Shown in pieces: positions 29,503 to 43,263 of a stretch of 64,000 bases of DNA (its first letter is position 1; each line of letters starts with the position of its first letter). The translations under genes were made by a program, and so were the position numbers. The notes beneath the pieces were generated by a model that ran no database searches, was not told the origin of the DNA, and saw only the letters and a list, made by a program, of their open reading frames with translations. Origin of the DNA: Eledone cirrhosa (lineage: Eukaryota); NCBI GenBank assembly GCA_964016885.1, contig OZ024746.1, forward strand, positions 66,650,001 through 66,714,000. The letters are read 5' to 3'.

Positions 29503-32165
29503 CTGATGAAAATAATGGCATATATAAACGAAATTCTAAAAATTCTAATAATTGTAATTCAAACTGTGAATAAATCGGGGAAAAGAGCCAGAGCTAAATC
29601 AGTTATATGGTTTGACCTCCCCCCCCCCCTGCTTATGTAGCAGTAAGAACACCAATTACTAATCTATTTTTTAAAGCTTTAGATAGTTCATTCCCTAGTC
29701 AACATAAATACCACTCCATATTTAATAGACACACAATTAAACTATCTTATTCTACAACTATGAATATGGCCCAAAACATCGCTAAAATAAACAGTATAAT
29801 TCTAAACCAAAATCAACATAATGCTATTAATAATAGTATTAATAAAATAATAATAAATCGAAATGTAATTGTAGAAATAAACCAGATTGCCCTCTGCAAA
29901 ATAATTGTCTGGATAGACATCTGGTGTATAAATGCACCGTAAAAACAAATAACAACACAGACAACTACATAGGAGCAACTTCTCACAAATGCTCATTTTC
30001 GAATGTTAATAGGAAGTCTTCGACTTCTTTATTACAACATATATGGTCATTAAAAGACAACAATTTAAAATACTCAATCTTTTGAACGAAGCTTTGTAAT
30101 AGTAAAATATATACGAACTCATATATATATCAATTAACTGCGACCTCTACACAAAGGAGACCCTATTAATAATTACTAATTATGAAAACTTAACAAAAAA
30201 AGTGAATTATTCTCAAACTGCCTTCATAAAGCTTTGTCTACATTCCAAGCCTCGCAAAAAAGTCAGGAAAAAACAGTAAACAATCAGGCCTTAATTTTTA
30301 ACGTCTCTTATCAACTGTTGGGCCTAAAAAGTCATAACGGTTTATACAACTTTAATAATGCTTTATCTTCTAATCATTTATGATAGAATTAATGTTAGAA
30401 TGAAGGATACTCTTTTGATAACATGTTTACTTGATAAATATGCATACATTATGATTTTTTTGGATATTTATAATTTTGATTCAGATATTTCTTTATCTGT
30501 CTCTGTTTTAAACATATAATTTGGATATTTAACTTGTAAATTTACTGATTATAATTGAACTGTGGATCATTCATCCGTTTGCATATTTTACATATTATAC
30601 TCATTTTGAGTATGTTTTTGGAGACTCAGAAAGTTAGATTTGCATTTTTTTAAATATATATCTAGGTATAAATATAACAAACCATAACAGCTGACAAATA
30701 TCGGTCTATCTCTCCACTGAACTGGAGGAAAAACTACAATTATAGCATTACGAATAATGATTGTAATTATTATTTTTTATTAAATGTATACCGTTTCAAC
30801 AAATATCTTTATCTAGTGTAATAACATAATCGTAGTTACATTTATAAATAATTTAGACACTCAAATGACTCTATATTATTATAAGTGTTTGATAATCCCT
30901 GGAAGTTCGAACTTATATAATGATGTTTACTTAATATAATATAATTTAATTTAACTTATTTTAATTTATTTTAATTAAATTTAGATTACCTTCGGCTTTT
31001 TCAAATATTTAGCTCCTCTTTATATCACATTCGCTAAAATATTTTAGATGTATCTTTTGTATACAATATTAAAACCCTATTACATTTATAATATATTTTT
31101 AATGCTGGGCATCTTTAAGTTTCGCAAACAATTCATTTTCTTTTATTTGTATATTTATTTTGTATCTAGCCCCTATCATTAGGACTCATATAGTTTTGAC
31201 TTATATGTGTATAGTATATATCAATTAAATGAAAATAATTGATATAAAAAATTAATTCTTTAGCAATATTTTTTTAACTATATATATTTTTTAACTATAT
31301 ATATTTTTTTAACAATATTTTCAGTAACTTATTTACTATATTGTATTATTGTATTATATTATATATATTTGAAAGGCATCACCTCAATTATAAACAAATA
31401 ATAAACTATAATCCTTATATTTTTTTTATCAACACATATATATAATTCAAAATTTGGACCGGTTGATCCTTTAAGCACTCAAACTATTTAACAATAAATT
31501 CTTTAATAATTATAACTATAATTATTTTATATATTATATTATATAAACTGTTGTCAATATTATTAATAATTTTGGTAAAGATTACCTTCGTGAGGGTATA
31601 AAAGCATTATAGATTTTCTTTCGCGTGTTTCGTAAATCCTTTAAATTTGTTTTCATAAAATTTGAATTTTAGAAATTAAACAATTATAATATTAATACAA
31701 ATACCTATTAACTTTTAAAACCTAAAATTTTACTCTGAAACAACTTAAATTAAATATTTTGAAAATTAACGGCCAACTATATATATTAATTTGGATATGT
31801 GTTGCATATATGGAAATCTATATATAAACTTGAACATAAATTACTCCCTTTGTCTCTCTCTCTCTTTAATCATCTTTCATCTTTTTTTCAAGCCACCTAC
31901 TAAATATATTATCACATCAGCTGTTTCTTCCTCTATGCTTTCCTTTCCCTCCTCTTTCACCAGTAGTTTTTTTTTTATTCATAACTGTTATATTGATGCC
32001 ATGTAGTTTTTAAGCTGTATTACACGCACCCTCTCTATTGTTTGTATTATGTTATCTCATGTTCTCAATATTAGGGTATAATTATTGAGTTTTGTCATAA
32101 GTTAATCACTACCATGACTGAATCTTAACCATCTACCATGTCAGGGTATGTCATGCATCATCTCA

Positions 32166-32228
32166 TTTTATCTGATGAGGATGTACTGATGAACTTAACT
32201 CAGTACCTCTGAAATATGTATAATAAAA
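32166..32228 (+). ncRNA. Type I hammerhead at the probable 3' end of Naiad element 3
   Basis: TTTTAT-CTGATGA-stem II GTACTGA/TCAGTAC-GAAA-TATGTA-TA-ATAAAA; (TA)n follows at ~32274. Confidence 0.8.
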
Positions 32229-32284
32229 TATAATTGATCACAGGAATATCTATTTTGTTAATATTTTGAATTAATATATATATA

Positions 32285-32828
32285 TATCAGCTACTCTTGT
32301 TGCCCATCCATGAAGTCCAAAATCACCAGTTCAAACCGTACGAGGATAAATCCAGGATGCAGTTGCAGGAAGCCGGATGAATGCCGATTGCAGGGTAAAT
32401 GTAACACAAAATCTGTCGTTTATGAGGCTAAGATAACGCCAGTTATCAACAACCAGCCAGCCAGGAGTGAGCGATATGTCGGTATGACCCAGGACAGGTT
32501 TAAAACCAGATTTTACTCACATGTCGCTTCTTTTAAGCACTCTGATAAACGAACATAAACGGCCCTCGCTAGTAAGGTATGGGATCTCAAGGATAGTAAT
32601 ATCCCGTACTCTATTGATTGGTCTATATTAGACCATTCGAGGGAGTACCAAAGGGGCACAAAGAATTGTTCTTTGTGCACCACAGAAAAGTATAGGATTT
32701 TGCTAAACTTGAGAGCCACTTCCGCTTGCCTTAACTCAAAGACTGAGATCTTCAGATGCTGTCCTCATCTGAAATCGCATCTGATCTGTAACTGGATTGA
32801 CACTCCTATGTTAAATCAACCGCCTTGA
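32285..32828 (+). pseudogene. Penelope-like (Naiad-type) element 4: GIY-YIG domain, one stop
   Basis: ISYSC, CSCRKPDECRLQGKC, VVY..RYVGMT..FKTRFYSH, VWDLK, CSLCTTEK, LNSKTEIFRCCPH. Confidence 0.92.
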
Positions 32829-32999
32829 ACTCCTTCCCTGCTCTTTACTTCTGCTACAGTTTTTATTTTGCTGATTCTACCTTCTGTACTCTTGTATATT
32901 TACAAAATTTTTTTCTCCCTTACCTCCCCTTATATTTTACCTCCTCTTAGCCCCCCCCCCCCCCCCCCGCATATATTCTTTTTGTTTTGCCCTTCACAT

Positions 33000-33058
33000 A
33001 CCTATGCGTATGCGTATGTATTTTTGTGTGTATATATATATGTATATATATATATATG

Positions 33059-33123
<65 letters not shown>

Positions 33124-33404
33124 ATGTGTATATATATGTATATTTGTGTGTGTATATGTATGTATATGTGGATAAACCAGGTTTGTTTCATTGTTTTCAT
33201 TCTGAAGACTGAAGGAAACATTTTTTGCTTTTAAGAAACCTCTGGTGAATGGAATAATTGCCTTATGTTGCTTTATTACTTTACTATTATATATACGTTT
33301 ATGTAAGGTTCATTTGTCTTTTCTAATACTGAGTTTTACACATACACACATGTATATGTGTGTGTGTATGTGTATGCATATGTGTATATGTACGTATGTG
33401 TGTA

Positions 33405-33475
<71 letters not shown>

Positions 33476-33526
33476 GTATATGTGTGTGTGTATTTATTAT
33501 TTTTTTATGTATATGTGTGTGTGTGG

Positions 33527-33564
<38 letters not shown>

Positions 33565-33719
33565 TTGGTTGTGCGTGTTTTTGATATGTATGTATTTGCA
33601 TGTGTATAATTGTTTAGCTATGTATGTAATTGTGTGTTTACGTATATGCGCGTGTGTGTGTGTGTGTGTGTGTGTTTATATTTTTATATTTTTGTATATA
33701 TATATCTATATATATATAT

Positions 33720-33766
<47 letters not shown>

Positions 33767-34283
33767 TATACATATGTGTGTGTGTGTGTATATAATTACA
33801 TATACATATGTGTGTGTGTTTAATATGTATGCGTGTGCGTGTTTATGTATGTATGTGTATGTATGTGTTTTTGTATTTGTTTATGTATATTTATGTATGA
33901 GAGTGTGTGTATGTGTTTACTATTTCGTACGTATGTATACGTGCTTTTGTGTGTATTACTTACCACGCGTGTCTGTCCTGTTAGCTGGGTCATGTATCGG
34001 TGTCAAAAATTTTTAAAATATATATATATATTTTTTTTTTCTTATATTTATTTGCGTGTGTGAATATGTAGAGGAGTGCATTCATGTATGTGTATGTATG
34101 TACGTTTTGTATGTTTGTGTGAATGTATGTATGTGTACATATATGTGTGTGTGTATGGCTATGTTTGTCTATGTGTATGCTTGTACACACACATGTGTAT
34201 GTGTGTGTATGTGTATGTGTGTATATGTATATATAGGTATATATATATATATATAGATGTACATATATATATATGTGTGGATA

Positions 34284-34320
<37 letters not shown>

Positions 34321-34500
34321 GTGTATATGTATTAATGTTTTTATGTGTATATGTGTGTATATATGTGGTTGTGTATGTAAGTGTACGTTTTATATATATG
34401 TGTATATGTATATATGTATGCGTACATATATATATATGTATATATGTATGTGTGTGTAAGTATGCTTTTGGGTTTTTTTGTGTGTGTGTTTGCATGCGTA
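33000..34500. repeat. Mixed (TG)/(TA) microsatellite-rich tract within the 3' region of element 4
   Basis: Direct reading. Confidence 0.9.
33194..33254 (+). ncRNA. Hammerhead copy 1 of a tandem pair (cleavage site UG, probably inactive)
   Basis: TTTCATT-CTGAAGA-eroded stem II-GAAA-CC TCT GG-TG-AATGGAA. Confidence 0.7.
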
Positions 34501-34605
34501 GTTTTATTTATTTTATTTTTCCTTTCCTTCTCCCTTCTCCAGCCTCACTTTCATATAGATTGCATTTTTGTTTGTAATCCAAATTCAATAAACAAACCAG
34601 GATTT

Positions 34606-34665
34606 TTCCGTTCTGAGGATTGAAAGCAAAACCTTTTGCTTTTAAGAAACCACTGGTAAATGGAA
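34606..34665 (+). ncRNA. Hammerhead copy 2 of the tandem pair (intact motif)
   Basis: TTCCGTT-CTGAGGA-TTGAAAGCAAAA CC TTTTGCTTTTAA-GAAA-CC ACT GG-TA-AATGGAA. Confidence 0.88.
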
Positions 34666-34798
34666 TAATTGCCTTATGTTGTTTATTACATAATAATAAT
34701 AATTAAGCTCTGTTGCCTACATAGAGCACTCTTTTTTCCTGGACTTTTCCGATGGAATTACTTCATTCACACATATATATATATATATATATAAATTA

Positions 34799-34916
34799 TT
34801 GAGTTCAAATCCTGCCGAGGTTAATTTTGTCTTTCATCCATACGGGGTCGATAAAATAAAGTAACAGTAATGTACTGGGTAATTGCTGGCCTTGTGCCAA
34901 AAGTAGAAACAATTAT
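34799..34916 (+). mobile_element. SINE, 5'-truncated
   Basis: TGAGTTCAAATCCTGCCGAGGT...AAAGTAGAAACAATTATT. Confidence 0.88.
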
Positions 34917-35054
34917 TATATATAATACAGGGGTGGGGGAACAGGGGCGGGGAAACACTACTATGCCCCCACCATCAATAATTATATTTTTCTCGCCAAA
35001 CTAAGAAAACACACAGCTAGTTGTTTATACGCAAGAATGTATGTACATGTTATG

Positions 35055-35770
35055 TAGAGACAGATGGGAGAGATAGATATAAATATAGAGAGGGGGAAGA
35101 TTATGTGGTGATGGATATACAGAGGAAGTTTTGGAGAGTGATTTGTATGTTAGATATAGAGAGGGGAGAGATTGGTGTTTATTGATATAGAGAAAGGAAT
35201 TTGAAGAGAGTTCTGTGTTGTAGATATAGGGAGAGGGAGCGTTTGGTAGTGATGGATAGAGTGGGAGGGAATGAGAGAGAGTGTTGTATAGAGAGGGGAT
35301 AATTTGGTGGTAATTAATATAGAGAGAGGTATTTGAGGAGACTTCCTTGCAGTAGATAAAGAGAGGGGGAGAATTTGCTGTTAATTGATAAAGAGAGGGC
35401 GAGAATTTTGAAGCGATGGATAGAGTGAGATGGAATGGGAGAAAGTTTTGTATGGTAGATATAGAGAGAGGGAGAGTTTGATATTAAATGATATGTAGCG
35501 GGGAATTGGAATAGAGTTCCGTTTAGTAGATATAGACAGCGGGAAAAATTAGGGCTGATTGATATACAGTGGGAGATTCGGAGAGATAAATATAGATATT
35601 TATAAAGAGTGAAAGTGTGAATTACTTTTAGATATAGAGAGTGGGATAAATGTCACGGTGTCGTAGCAGATATAGAAAAGGGTAGAGTTTGGATTTAGTA
35701 GATACAGAGAAAGGGATTAAAATATAGTGTTGTTTGATAGACATAGGGAGGAGGAGAGTTTGGTGATACT
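35055..35770 (+). repeat. Purine-rich degenerate minisatellite (~30-bp units)
   Basis: GATATAGAGAGGGGGAGAxTTTGGT-like units; related array at 51580-52150. Confidence 0.75.
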
Positions 35771-36991
35771 CTCGGGTCCCACATAATACGAGGGGTGGCA
35801 ATTTCTTGTAGTGTTGTTCTTTTGTCATAAATAATGTTCTTTTTTTTAAATGTAAAATAAAATTATTATTAGATTCTTCAGCTATTGTATGAAACACTTG
35901 CACTAAAATTTCGCCGGAGATAGATTAGCAACATTTAATAAGTAGTTGGGGCTTTTTGGTGGAATAAAAACTAGGAGTGGGGGTGGTAAAATCTGACAAT
36001 TTAATAAGCAGGAGGTGGGGATAATTATTCAAGACCTGAGAGTACGTATTAATGGACGTAAGAATGAAACTCAATAATTCTAATCGTATTGATGATAAAC
36101 ATACCAAATTCAAAAATGTTAATTATCAACTATAATGGTTATGTGTTTCTTCAACGGATTTGTGCTGGCAAATATATTACACTTTCACAAATGGCGGTAC
36201 TATAACTACCAGTAATATGTTTTTAAAAAAACAACTAAGTCGTGTGTTGTAAGCAAATATGAGTATCTATAGAAGAGAATGGGGTTCAAATATTTGTAGG
36301 ATTCAAGTTTTCATTTAAATCGATAATGATTTTAATAACGAGAAAACGTAGTAGCATTTTGTTTGGGGGATTAATTAGTATCACTTAGTTTTTCAATCGA
36401 AATAGAAAATGATAGACGGCGTTTGTTGTTTTCAACACTATTGGTACATAGTATAATTCAATTTATGTAAGAGAGGAAATAAACTTAAATAACACAATTG
36501 ATACGAAATTAAAATATTGTATACTTTCATTATGTTGCTGATTATTCTATTTTGAGACAAGAAAGCAGAAAAAAACCGATATCGTGTCATTAGAAAATAT
36601 AACAATTTATAACAATAGCCCATAAACAAATATATGGGTGGTAGAGGTAAAACTAAACATGTTTTTATATGATTTCTAACGAGTTACTTACACAAACAAA
36701 ACATTAACCGTAGATTCAAGGAAGCACAAGAAGATGTGAAGCGTTTACCAATCTTATGAAACCAATGCATTAAAAAAGGGCAGACAACGAGGTTCATTCA
36801 ATGATATATTACAAGGAATATAACGGTGTCATTACGTGTGATAAGTGTCAAATGACACAACCAGAGAGTAATCTGATAGAAAAGTTTCCTTTGAAATTTG
36901 AAGTTAAATCACAAACTGTTTACTCTTTTACTCTTTTACCTGTTTCAGCCAAGATTCTCAATATATATTCAAGGGCTTATATATATGTAAG

Positions 36992-37040
<49 letters not shown>

Positions 37041-37129
37041 TATACGGGGTGGGGCGTGTATGTATGTACTGACGTGTGTGTGGTCGAATGTTATGTATTC
37101 AATTCGGTACAGAATTGACTTGGAAAGAG

Positions 37130-37380
37130 GCGTAGGGTAGCGGTTAAATTATTTGGTTAACGATTGAAATATGTAGTATTCTTGAGCAAGATACTTTATT
37201 TCGGGTTGCTCCAGTCCGCTCAGCTAACAGTAATTAGTTGTATCTGTAATTCAAATCGCCAGACTTCTCACACACTATGTTACACTGATTCTCCCTCAGA
37301 ACTACGTTAAGGGTGCACGTGCCTGGGAAGGGTATATGTGCCTGGGAAATAATCAGCTACTTGCAAACTCATTTCCTCAG
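37130..37380 (+). mobile_element. Second SINE family, decayed
   Basis: TTCTTGAGCAAGATACTTTATTTCGGGTTGCTCCAGTCCGCTCAGCT core; reverse copy at ~48990-49095. Confidence 0.65.
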
Positions 37381-38115
37381 CACTCTTGTCCGTTGTTTCA
37401 AACGCTTCTTCGGAACCGCCTGAGATCCAGCACACATAATTTCGACTCGTCTGGTTTGCTGTCGGTTGAAAGTGAGATCTTGTCCGATTATTTAGAATTC
37501 AGAATCTAAGTACACGAAATTGAACTCTGGTCGGTTCAACACACACTTGCTTCCATCAGAACACTTCTGTAAAACCTTCCACATGAGTGAGAATTATATG
37601 AATGAATCATTCTACTCTAGTAACAAGATGAATATTTTATGTACCAGAAATGATAATCTGGAATTTTATACTTGCTCATTGGTTACTGTAAATTTGCAAA
37701 TCTTATGAAATATATAATACACCTTTTATTCTAAAATCTTTGACCGAGTGGAATGCTCCATCTATTTTAAGGGACAAGAAAAACATTCGTGTTCATGCCT
37801 TTTCCAATCATATTACCGGAGTAATTGAGTGGACTGGATGGAAATAGATTCAAAGGATATACAATCAGTGTCAATTATTCAACTGGCCGCAGTTCTTCAC
37901 TTTGATGTATGTTAGTCGTTATGCTAGGATACGTAACACTATTCTATTTTGATGTTATGTTTTCGAGTTAACAGAAATGTTACACCGATATAAATATTTA
38001 CCAGGTGTTTCTACAACGAAACACATTGCTTTATTGACTTTTATGTTCTTGATTTTCGAACAGAGAAACCTTGACTTTGATTTACAATTCCCGACTGAAT
38101 CAATTAAGACTATTC

Positions 38116-38165
<50 letters not shown>

Positions 38166-38750
38166 ATCTCTCTCTCTCTCTATCTATCTATCTCTCTATC
38201 TATCTATATATATATCTACCTATCTCTATATATATCTACCTATATATATATCTACCTATCTATATATATATCTACCTATCATCTATCTATCTATCTTTCT
38301 ATTTGACATGTACCATTGATAATTGAACTTTCAGATTCTTTGGGAAACGGAATATGCTGATCTGAAAATAGATTGTCCAGTATATATATAATTAGATTCA
38401 TCTTCAGGTAAAATCACCGACATTATGAACGTTTCCATAAATGAATCAAAAGTAGAAAACATGAATACGGTTGATAGCATGTGATCTTTTTGGTAGCATG
38501 ATACACTTATAATAATATGATTTCTAAGGAAATAAAAAAAAACGAAATGTGTCATCATTTTGTATTGCATTAGAGGGTATCGTATTTCAGCTATGGCATC
38601 CATTGTCCTGATTCAATTCCGATTCCAGTGTGAATATTCTTAAAAATTCATGAAGTAACCATTTTTAAAAACATCCATTTACCCAATACAATAAGAAGGC
38701 ACACACCCCACTCACACCTTTACAAGCACCTCCCATATATACACACACAG

Positions 38751-38921
<171 letters not shown>

Positions 38922-38923
38922 TG

Positions 38924-38954
<31 letters not shown>

Positions 38955-38974
38955 GATGTACACATTTATGATGT

Positions 38975-39135
38975 ACTAGGGCTCCGTTCTCAGACCTTTC
39001 CATTTATGTTTCTTTCAGAGGATTTTAAAACTGGTTACCGATGTGTACATTTATTTGATGATCTAGTCTTCATAGATGAAACTGCAAGAGAAGTAGAGAA
39101 GAAATTTCAGGCATGGAAGCAAACCCTAGAAGAAA
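38975..39135 (+). pseudogene. RTE-type RT fragment
   Basis: SEDFKTG..LFDDLVFIDETAREVEKKFQAWKQTLE resembles the YADDLVL region of RTE RTs. Confidence 0.6.
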
Positions 39136-39199
39136 TTACTCATTATATACAGTATGTAGGCTAGCAAGAATGTACTATTTGTATGTAACCCATACATGG

Positions 39200-39625
39200 G
39201 AGCATTAAGCTACAAACTCACACCCGAAACAAGCCCTAACAAACCCCAGTTCAACATTTAAGGGAGTAGTGTGGGTGATATGGCAAAATAAAAACCAATC
39301 AATCCTGTAAGGTGGTAGTTTCCGTAAAATTCTCCCAGCACAATCTGTAAAGTGCTTAGCGTTACAAAGGTCATCCACTCGGGGAAACCATGCTACCAGT
39401 ACACAATCTAAAGTAGTTGGGGTTAGGAAGGGCATCCAGCCGTAGAATATATACTACGAGTACACGCTGTAAAGTGTTTAACGTTAGGAAGGGTAACCAA
39501 ACCAAAACAAAACGTTTAAACAAGACCCTGTTACCCGAGCTGATTGACGTCAGAATAGGACAGGCGTCTAACCCATGACAGCATGGTAACTAGACGTCAA
39601 ATGGCGAATATGATGATGATGATGA
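39200..39625 (+). mobile_element. RTE-like/SINE 3' tail with internal repeats
   Basis: TAAAGT..GGxGTTAGGAAGGGCATCCAGCCGTAGAA-like unit about three times, ending in (GAT)n. Confidence 0.55.
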
Positions 39626-39690
39626 TCACGCACATATAGATATAAATACGCATATGTGATAAGACGTGTGCGTGCGTGTATGTTTGGTGT

Positions 39691-39878
39691 TAATTGTTTC
39701 TACTTTTGGCACTAGGCCAGCAAACACCCAGTGTATTACTGGTACTTTATTTTATCGACCCCGTAAGGATGAAAGGCAAAGTTAACGTCGGCGGGATTTG
39801 AACTCAGACCGTAAAGGGACGTAACTCTATGCTTCAAAGCATGGTGTCCGACTCTCTACTGTTACTGCCAATCCACCG
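39691..39878 (-). mobile_element. SINE, full length
   Basis: Reverse complement of the family consensus. Confidence 0.9.
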
Positions 39879-42089
39879 TGTAAATACTAATAATGCTTCG
39901 TATATTTCCACTTACATTTCTAAATATATTTCCCAATAAACAAGAATGAAAATACGGTTTTGCCTTTGAAGTTGGCATTACAAATACCGGTAATATTTCG
40001 ATTATGATTCATTTGACTACGCTCCTCAACAATCGTCCTTATTCCTAATAAAGAAAATTATTCACATTACTAATGGACAAACGGTGATGTTTACGCTCAC
40101 ACCTTACTATATTCTATTCTTCTGTGAATATCATTCATCCAATATATATGGGTCATCAATATCAACAATGTAAAGGTTATCTCTTAAAGAATCTAATACC
40201 CAATAATTTTCTAATTTTACTTCGCTTAGACTATCCATTATTGAAGTTATTCAGCTTGCAAGTTAAAAGCACCAAAATGAAAAATGATTGAACCGTGTCA
40301 TCAATCATCAATGCAATGTAAGGTAGTTGTATGAAGGATATTTATGTCAAGCAACTAATGAGCATTTAGCTTTTAATGATAGACTTACAATTGAAGCTCT
40401 GAATTTATAGTTCTGAAACTTATCAGCCGTGATTTCATTCACTCTTAAGAAGTATGAATAACATTCCCTAATAATCATGAATTAAACCGGTCTAATAATT
40501 TTGTCAAACACAAATGAATAAACGTTTTGAAGATGAAATGCGAAACTGTGGATATAAAATATCAAAGAAATGAGTTGATAGGTGGGTCTGTGCTACACAA
40601 TTGACAGGAAGGAATGGACTATAATACAGTTATAGAAAATCCATAGTTCTAATAAGAATCAAATCTAAGGTAGTATAGTTTACTTTAGATATAAACATGC
40701 ATACACTCGTCATGTATTCAGCTAGTATGGGACTCTGTAAATGGTTTGCATTACTGCACATATACATGACATACACAACACTTTCGTTAAGTGCCTTGTG
40801 AAATTATTTTCTCCCCCATACATGGCTGGTAAAAGTTTCCTGTTGCCCTGATCTATCTGGATGTAGTAAACGACAAATAAGCACAAACACCGTGTTATTC
40901 CATCCTACACTTAACATTTTTACACGTGGCTGTTAAACCATTCATTTCAAATTGTCAACTCTAATGAACTCCCTTCGTATATTATCTCACACGTAATCAA
41001 CTAGCATTTGTTTAAGGTGAATATTAGCTGCCTTCAAATTAGCTATGCTGGGAATCTCAGTGAACACAGCGTTCTTAATTATGGTTCCTATTCAACTAAA
41101 TATTGAATCATTCCTCATCGCCATATTATCATTAAAATTGCAATTCATCAAATTAATAATTGTAATTGTTAATGTTGTATACATCTTCATTCGCTATATT
41201 ATGTAAACAGATATGAGGTTGCGTGGAAAGATCTTCTTCTGCGTGTATCAGAAAATGTAGAAAGTGAGATTGAAATAGATGAAATAAACAGTGATTTATT
41301 GTCATTGAATGAGACTAATATTTTGTGAACAGGTTAGGTATTTGTGTTCAGAGAAACGGTGCAGTTTGGAAGTGACACTTCTATTTTACGCGCATAGAGT
41401 TACGGCTAACTCAATAGTATCATCATCAACATTGAAATGTGTGAGAGCTTTAGTCATAGTAGGTTGGTAGCTCATATATCTATATATAAATCTCAACAAT
41501 GTCAGTATTCCGTGTGTCATAATTCTCGGTTATCATTGGTTCATAGGTTTCAAACGACTCCGTCCACCTCAACGACGCCAAACTTAAATTAATATGCATA
41601 ATGCCAATGGGGTGTGAGAGGGGACAGTAAGAAACAGAGAGGCAAAGTGAACGCTGTGTTGGATACACTATGTATATGTGTCAGTGTAGAGACATGTGTC
41701 TGTGTGTGATGTGTGTGGAAATAAGAGGGGAAGGAAAGCAATAACTATTAACACGTGCGCGTGTGTATGTAGGTGCGCGTATGTTTATGTGTGTGTGCGA
41801 GTAGCGTTCCACAGAAAGTAAAAACTATCAACATGTGTGAGTGTGTGCGTGTGTGTAAGTGCACGGGTGCGTGTGTAATTTTCCGTGCGTGTGTGCATTT
41901 CCAAGCGTTTATGTGTGTGTACATGCGGCGTTTATCTGTCTGTGTGTCTTTCTGTCAGTCTAACATACACGGAGTTGTGAAGGTAGTAAATAGGGACCTT
42001 TCTTTACATTGACGGACATCTTTTATATTTATTATTGTGTCCTTTTTTGACAATTGCTCGAAATGAATACTGATATTAAAAGCAATTCG

Positions 42090-42296
42090 ACTTTATCAAA
42101 CAGTGAACTACAGCGGCGACGGCGTGCAGCCAAGAATGAAGAAATACGGTCCGAACAGCGCCATCGGAACGCCGAACTTCAGAGGCGAAGACGTGCCGTC
42201 ATGAATGAAGAGGGGCTGGCTGATCAACGCCAACGAAACACTGGAGACAGGCAGCGACGGCCTGCTGCGATGGTTGAAGACCAACTCGCTGAGCAT
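42090..42296 (+). pseudogene. Helitron N-terminal 23-aa STPR-like repeats
   Basis: ELQRRRRAAKNEEIRSEQRHRNA / ELQRRRRAVMNEEGLADQRQRNT. Confidence 0.7.
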
Positions 42297-42314
42297 CATC
42301 TTTTATATTAATTA

Positions 42315-42633
42315 GCTATATCAATATCTACATATAATATAAACGATTGGAACTTCCATTGTCCTTTTGAGAAACGTGGAACAACCAGGTCTATGCAATG
42401 ATACACGTTTTACAGTCAGGCAGTAGATGAACCATCACCTAGAGATCAATATTCTAGGTGGGAGCACCTAGAATTGTTCATATACGGTACAACGAAGAAT
42501 CTAGTATGTCTGGAAGATTTTTTTTTACTCGCCTCATACTGTAACCAGACAAACATCCAATACAGTCATTTTCTCTTTTATCTGTCTTCTCTTATCATCT
42601 GTTTACCCGGGCGAAGCTAGGTACGTCAGCTAG
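42315..42633 (+). mobile_element. Mini-Helitron copy A
   Basis: Helicase scraps (LRNVEQPGLCNDT), 3' hairpin ACCCGGGCGAAGCTAGGT, then CTAG|T. Confidence 0.8.
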
Positions 42634-42915
42634 TTCGATATAAATCAAACTTTGAGTGCATCAAACTTTACGGAATATATGTAAACAAAATATGCTTCTT
42701 CTCGTTGCAGAATTATGTAATGTTAATATATATACCCCTGTGTCAGTGAATTAATGAATTAATTACTCTTATTCTGTTAGCCCATTCGCACGTCTACTTA
42801 TTTCAGATAAATAAAAGAAAATGTGATGTCCTTAAATTATATGGTATAAGTATATGTTTCTCTCGTTTAAACCAGATTTTCCGTCATGAATAAAATATAT
42901 TATTTATAAAGATAA

Positions 42916-43104
42916 GGGCGGTGGTTTGCAGTATCGGTAGAGGGTCAGACGCCATGCTTTCCAGCATAGTTACGTTCCTTTACGATCTGAGTTCAAATCC
43001 CGCCGAGGTTGACTTTGCCTTTCATCCTTACGGGGTCGATAAAATGAAGTACCAGTAATGCACTGGGTAATTGCTAGCCTTGTGCCTAAAGTAGAAACAA
43101 TTAT
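42916..43104 (+). mobile_element. SINE, full length, with 16-bp TSD
   Basis: ATTATTTATAAAGATA at 42899-42914 and 43100-43115. Confidence 0.92.
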
Positions 43105-43263
43105 TTATAAAGATACATAGATATGAAAATAAAATATAATATATCAAAACCAAGTTTATAGCGTATTATTCAGCATTATTATACTATGCATTCTCAGAAT
43201 ATTTAATGAGAATTTTGACGTACAAGAACGATGCAAACTCAGTTCTTTTGGTGGTTTAAACCT

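Larger units (their letters stand above)
28690..30240 (+). pseudogene. Penelope-like (Naiad-type) element 3: RT, thumb and GIY-YIG, interrupted by two SINEs
   Basis: GLYRDD (YRDD at 28736-28747), VNFLDV, SNHP, YYNESLKKAGY, SIFNRHTIKLSYST, CNCRNKPDCPLQNNCL, LVYKC, NYIGAT. Confidence 0.92.
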
